DNA of 64,000 bases, taken from Amphiscolops sp. MND2022. Its lineage: Eukaryota. Positions within the stretch are counted from its first letter, which is position 1; every line of letters starts with the position of its first letter. Shown here piece by piece: positions 60,456 through 64,000 of this stretch. A model generated the notes under the pieces. The model was not told where the DNA came from. It was given only the letters and a program-made list of their open reading frames with translations, and ran no database searches. A program made the position numbers and the translations under genes. Location: NCBI GenBank assembly GCA_964187785.1, contig OZ076412.1, forward strand, positions 67,580,001 through 67,644,000, in the 5' to 3' direction.

Positions 60456-62596
60456 ATGAGGCCTTTCCTTTTCCTACTTCTGTTTTTTGCTCCTGCTTCC
60501 GTTCAGAGTGAATGGAATTCTAATATTGATGCTTCAATGGATCCAAATGCCCTGCTCGAAAACGGATTTCCATTTAATGAACGTAGTAAAATCTTACTTT
60601 CCGAAAACTTTATTCGAGTAGAATTCTTAGTTCCGTTTTCTCAGTATGACTTCCCGATGAAACCGGATATTGAAGCCATGATTTACCGGCTCTCAACTTT
60701 GTGGCAAGTACCATCACTTTTTTCCGTTAAACTTTTCGAGTGTTTTTGGCAACATCATCGGGTTTTAATGTCAATTGGATGCTTTCGCAAATCGAAAACG
60801 AAATTGCTGAAGCTCAAAAAGACCTCCTGGTTATCCGCACCGAAACCTCTATGTTCCTCTCGCCACCGAAGCCGGAAGCCACCCGCCAGAGGGTAGGGCC
60901 GCGGTAGGCATGGCCGACCTGGCTGCAGTTGGACTTTTTGGCAGCGTAGTCGCCATCGGCAATACATATTCTTGCGGCTTACGAGGAATCATTAGTGGTT
61001 GTCATGACCAGACCAAAGCTAATGCGGAAAATATTCGAAATATTTCTGAATTTCAAGATGTTCTCACGGATTTTGTTACGGAACTTTCTACCAACACGGA
61101 CAAAAATTTTTTCTTGGTGGAAAACGAGCTTGCCCCAAAACACTAATTGGGCTATTATCCAAGAACAATTCGACATTTATGCCGTCAATTTACACATCCT
61201 TCGGGACTGCGACCAACTTTTGTTCGCCAACCAGCAACCGAATTTCAACTTCGATACTATTTCCTCGCTATTGGCCATGATCCATGCCAGCGCTAAAAGC
61301 TATCGATCAGCTTTATTTGCGTTCCTTATGAGCTTTTTAAATTCTATCCCAGTTTTACTGCAGGGACATTTGCCGATGTCGCTTATTCCTATGGAATCGC
61401 TTTAATTGATTTTGGGTCTTGTTTCTTTTCAGCAAGTCAAAGCGGCAGATCGACATTCTTTGGCCATTCCGACCTCAGATTTTTTCTCGTACTACGACTC
61501 TCGACTTTTGGCAGACGCTGTCACGATATCAGAAGGACTCTTATTGACCCTTAACATACCGCTAGCGTCGAAACAAACAGTCTTTGTTTTATATGAGGCA
61601 AAAATTTTTCCTCTGCCTTACCCAGATGACCCTCAGTTAGCTATTACATGGAACCATATTTAGCCTTATCTGAGGACCAGATGGTATCTTCTGTTTTATC
61701 CAGGGACCAGTTTGAACAATGCCTCGGTTCGTCTAAATATCGAATTTGTTCCGAAACTTTTCCAACGGAGTTAGGACATTCTTCCTGTATTGCGACTTTG
61801 TTTTTTGACACTCCTCTTGAAGCCCTATCAGTTTGCGAAACTAATATCATTTCATTACATAGTCCTGAACAAGCATCCAATTTGGGTTATGGTTTTTGGC
61901 TCATCACATCAGCTTCAACCGCTTTCATTTTCCGTGAATCATCTTCAGTATCATCATCAACAAAATCATTTTTTGGTTGTCAAATATGTATCATTACATC
62001 GGAGTGCGGTATGACTATTCGCATGAATAACATCAAAATAAGATCAGACTTATCAAGCTGTTCTCAACATCCTAGCAAATAAATTGAGATTATCATTGCC
62101 TGATCCTTTACAATCATTGATCATGGATTTTCTTCCTCTTGAGAATCTGCCTCTTTTCACCACGCAAGCAGAAGCAGGAGCAAACTTCTTAGGCACTGTA
62201 AGAAAAACACTGATAGGCAGCCCCCAGATCGCCAAGTCAACCAATTCGTGGACATCGCACGTCCATTTGCAAAAAAAAAACATGAATCTTAAGAAACCAT
62301 CCTTGACTCGCGAATTCGATCAGTATGTTCCATTCAAAGTCTCTTTGACTTTATCTATTGTAGTTTTCTTTGTGTCAACTGCCCTTCTTTTTCTTTTCAT
62401 GTACCTTTACCACCGCTTTCATATAACTGATCGTCTTAAGGAACTGGTTGGCAATTTCAATGCTGAACTGGAAGTTCGTCCTCAACCACCGCCTGAATTT
62501 TTGACAGACGCTACCGATAAAGCGTCGAGTAGTTCTTCTAATCCCCCCGTATCATTAGCAAAACATACTCGTCAGTATAATACTTCATCAATGTGA
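60456..62596 (+). pseudogene. env: Envelope glycoprotein, class I fusion / baculovirus-F-like (frameshifted)
   Basis: Signal peptide MRPFLFLLLFFAPASVQS; reconstructable furin site TRQRR followed by hydrophobic Gly/Ala fusion peptide AAVGMADLAAVGLFG; heptad region; Cys-rich ectodomain; C-terminal TM VSLTLSIVVFFVSTALLFLFMYLY; lies between IN and PPT. Confidence 0.8.
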
Positions 62597-62989
62597 TCTG
62601 TCCCGGTTGATATCAAAGATCATAACCAGCATGAAACGTCCACTTGCTTGAATTGACGAACAGTTTTCAAAATGAAATGTTGCCGCATTACCTCTCCTAT
62701 CATCATCTATTTTCTCATAAAACTCATTTCAATCATATATTTCTTGCAGAATCATGTAATATACAAAAGTAGTAAATTTCTGTCTCAACAACTCCTGGGC
62801 TGGACACCATGCAACTTCTTTGATGACAACAATTTCTTTTTGGGCCGCCTTGAATCTTGTGCTGGCTTTACATTCAATATTCATTGGATTTGGAACTATA
62901 TGGGATTACTCAACTTTGGGTCTGTCGCATACAACCTGTACTCTTTCTCCCACCAGATGATGGCTTTTTCTAGACGCCGGAAGTCTTTT

Positions 62990-63001
62990 GAAGGGAGGAA
63001 A
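62990..63001 (+). other. Polypurine tract
   Basis: GAAGGGAGGAAA directly before the 3' LTR. Confidence 0.85.
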
Positions 63002-63333
63002 TGTCATGTACTCCATGACCTAAACAGAAGAACATAGTTGGGGATAAATTCCTGAAGTGCCGAATTGGTGACATTTAAACTCCAAATCTATTTGACATTT
63101 AATTATCCATTCTCTCTCAAACTTTGAGTTACTTATTTACCTAAATTAGAATCATCCGAAAAGAATAGTTTTTAGAACACAACAGAGACTAACTCGAAAA
63201 TTGAACAGTCGCCTTTTCGATAGAGTGAAACAGAAGAGTTGATTGTGATCCATGCATCAGAAGAGATCGCTCGTCCTCTTGATCCAAATGGAAATCATGA
63301 TTCCAAAACACAATATGTCTGAAAAAGGATACA
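63002..63333 (+). repeat. 3' LTR of the Gypsy element
   Basis: Copy of 50579-50910, followed by the TTAG TSD. Confidence 0.92.
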
Positions 63334-63358
63334 TTAGTCAGGAGTACCCATCCCAGTT

Positions 63359-64000
63359 CAGGGATGTTGAAAAATATATTTAATAAAATATATTTTGAAC
63401 AAGTTTTTTGTGCCCTCAAAAATATAAATTATCTCAGTGGTCTCATAATACTGGATGTTTATTGCAAGAAGTAAAATAATTTCAGAGCAGCGAGCAGCTC
63501 GTTTCTGAGAAACGGCAACAGTATGTAAATTGACGGCCACGTTATTTTGCTCAAATCTGATTGGTTGAAAATTTCAAATGTTTTGTTTTCACTGTCTCCC
63601 AGTGTAATGAACAAAGCGGTTGTCGATTTTTATTACCAGAAAACGCCAAATGCTGGACAAGATTTATGGCGATGCAAATGTTCAGTTTTGCGAAAACAAA
63701 AACCAAAATCCGGGTTTACAAACTTAATCAGTCACATCAGGGAGCGTCACCCATTGGAAAGAAGAAATTAAAGCAACAAATACATTAGCACAAGTTATAA
63801 GCGCAAAAGGGCAACAATTTTTCAACTGGCTAGAATGGGTGATTACAGATAATTTAGTCATTACATTTGTCGATTCCGAAATGACGCAGAAAAATACCAA
63901 ACTGACCAAAATTTGTCGTCAAACGCTAGTGAAACACTTATATAAAACTGTAGAAACAGTGGAAGAAGAAATGACACGAATTTTGCCGGAAACCTTCGGA
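63359..64000 (+). mobile_element. 5' part of a hAT transposon; transposase from ATG 63607 with BED-like finger and one frameshift, truncated by the window end
   Basis: Ac-like end CAGGGATG at 63359; WRCKC...KSGFTNLISHIRERH; after a frameshift FNWLEWVITDNL...LPETFG. Confidence 0.75.

Larger units (their letters stand above)
50579..63333 (+). mobile_element. Full-length but degenerate Gypsy/Metaviridae LTR element with envelope gene
   Basis: 332-bp LTRs, PBS, PPT, 4-bp TSD TTAG; domain order gag-PR-RT-RH-IN-env. Confidence 0.92.
49435..63348. mobile_element. Non-autonomous DNA element (about 1.15 kb) whose right TIR is interrupted by the Gypsy insertion
   Basis: Left TIR GGTTTTCCTGACAAAGTGTGGTCCC; right TIR after removing Gypsy GGGACCACACTTAGTCAGGAGTACC; 8-bp TSD CATCCCAG at 49427-49434 and 63349-63356. 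Confidence 0.8.

Overview
AT-rich, repeat-dense eukaryotic (invertebrate-like) genomic DNA; the repeat motifs remind me of acoel flatworm assemblies, but this is unverified. No prokaryotic features and no CRISPR array. (1) 1-17759: a complete minus-strand LTR retroelement of BEL/Pao type (about 848-bp LTRs, tRNA-Tyr-like PBS, PPT) with no recognisable intact pol. About 13.8 kb of its interior is a head-to-tail array of a 2096-bp unit (six full copies plus one deleted copy), each carrying a 691-codon ORF that is intact in two copies. (2) 17760-31500: a Helentron remnant and a mosaic of MITEs, DINE/HINE-like elements and tRNA-derived repeats. (3) 31520-39895: the only convincing host gene, a two-exon minus-strand non-canonical nucleotidyltransferase resembling mitochondrial poly(A) polymerase but with a TUTase-type His in its nucleotide-recognition motif; its 6.9-kb intron is full of transposon pieces. 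(4) 40800-48900: LINE fragments, MITEs, a clustered ~190-bp hairpin module and a degenerate CRE-like non-LTR element with an upstream PHD finger. (5) 50579-63333: a degenerate Gypsy element with gag-pol, an envelope (class I fusion-like) gene and an antisense OTU-like remnant, inserted into the terminal inverted repeat of a DNA element. (6) 63359-64000: the start of a hAT transposase. All family assignments are by-eye motif recognition; no database search was run.
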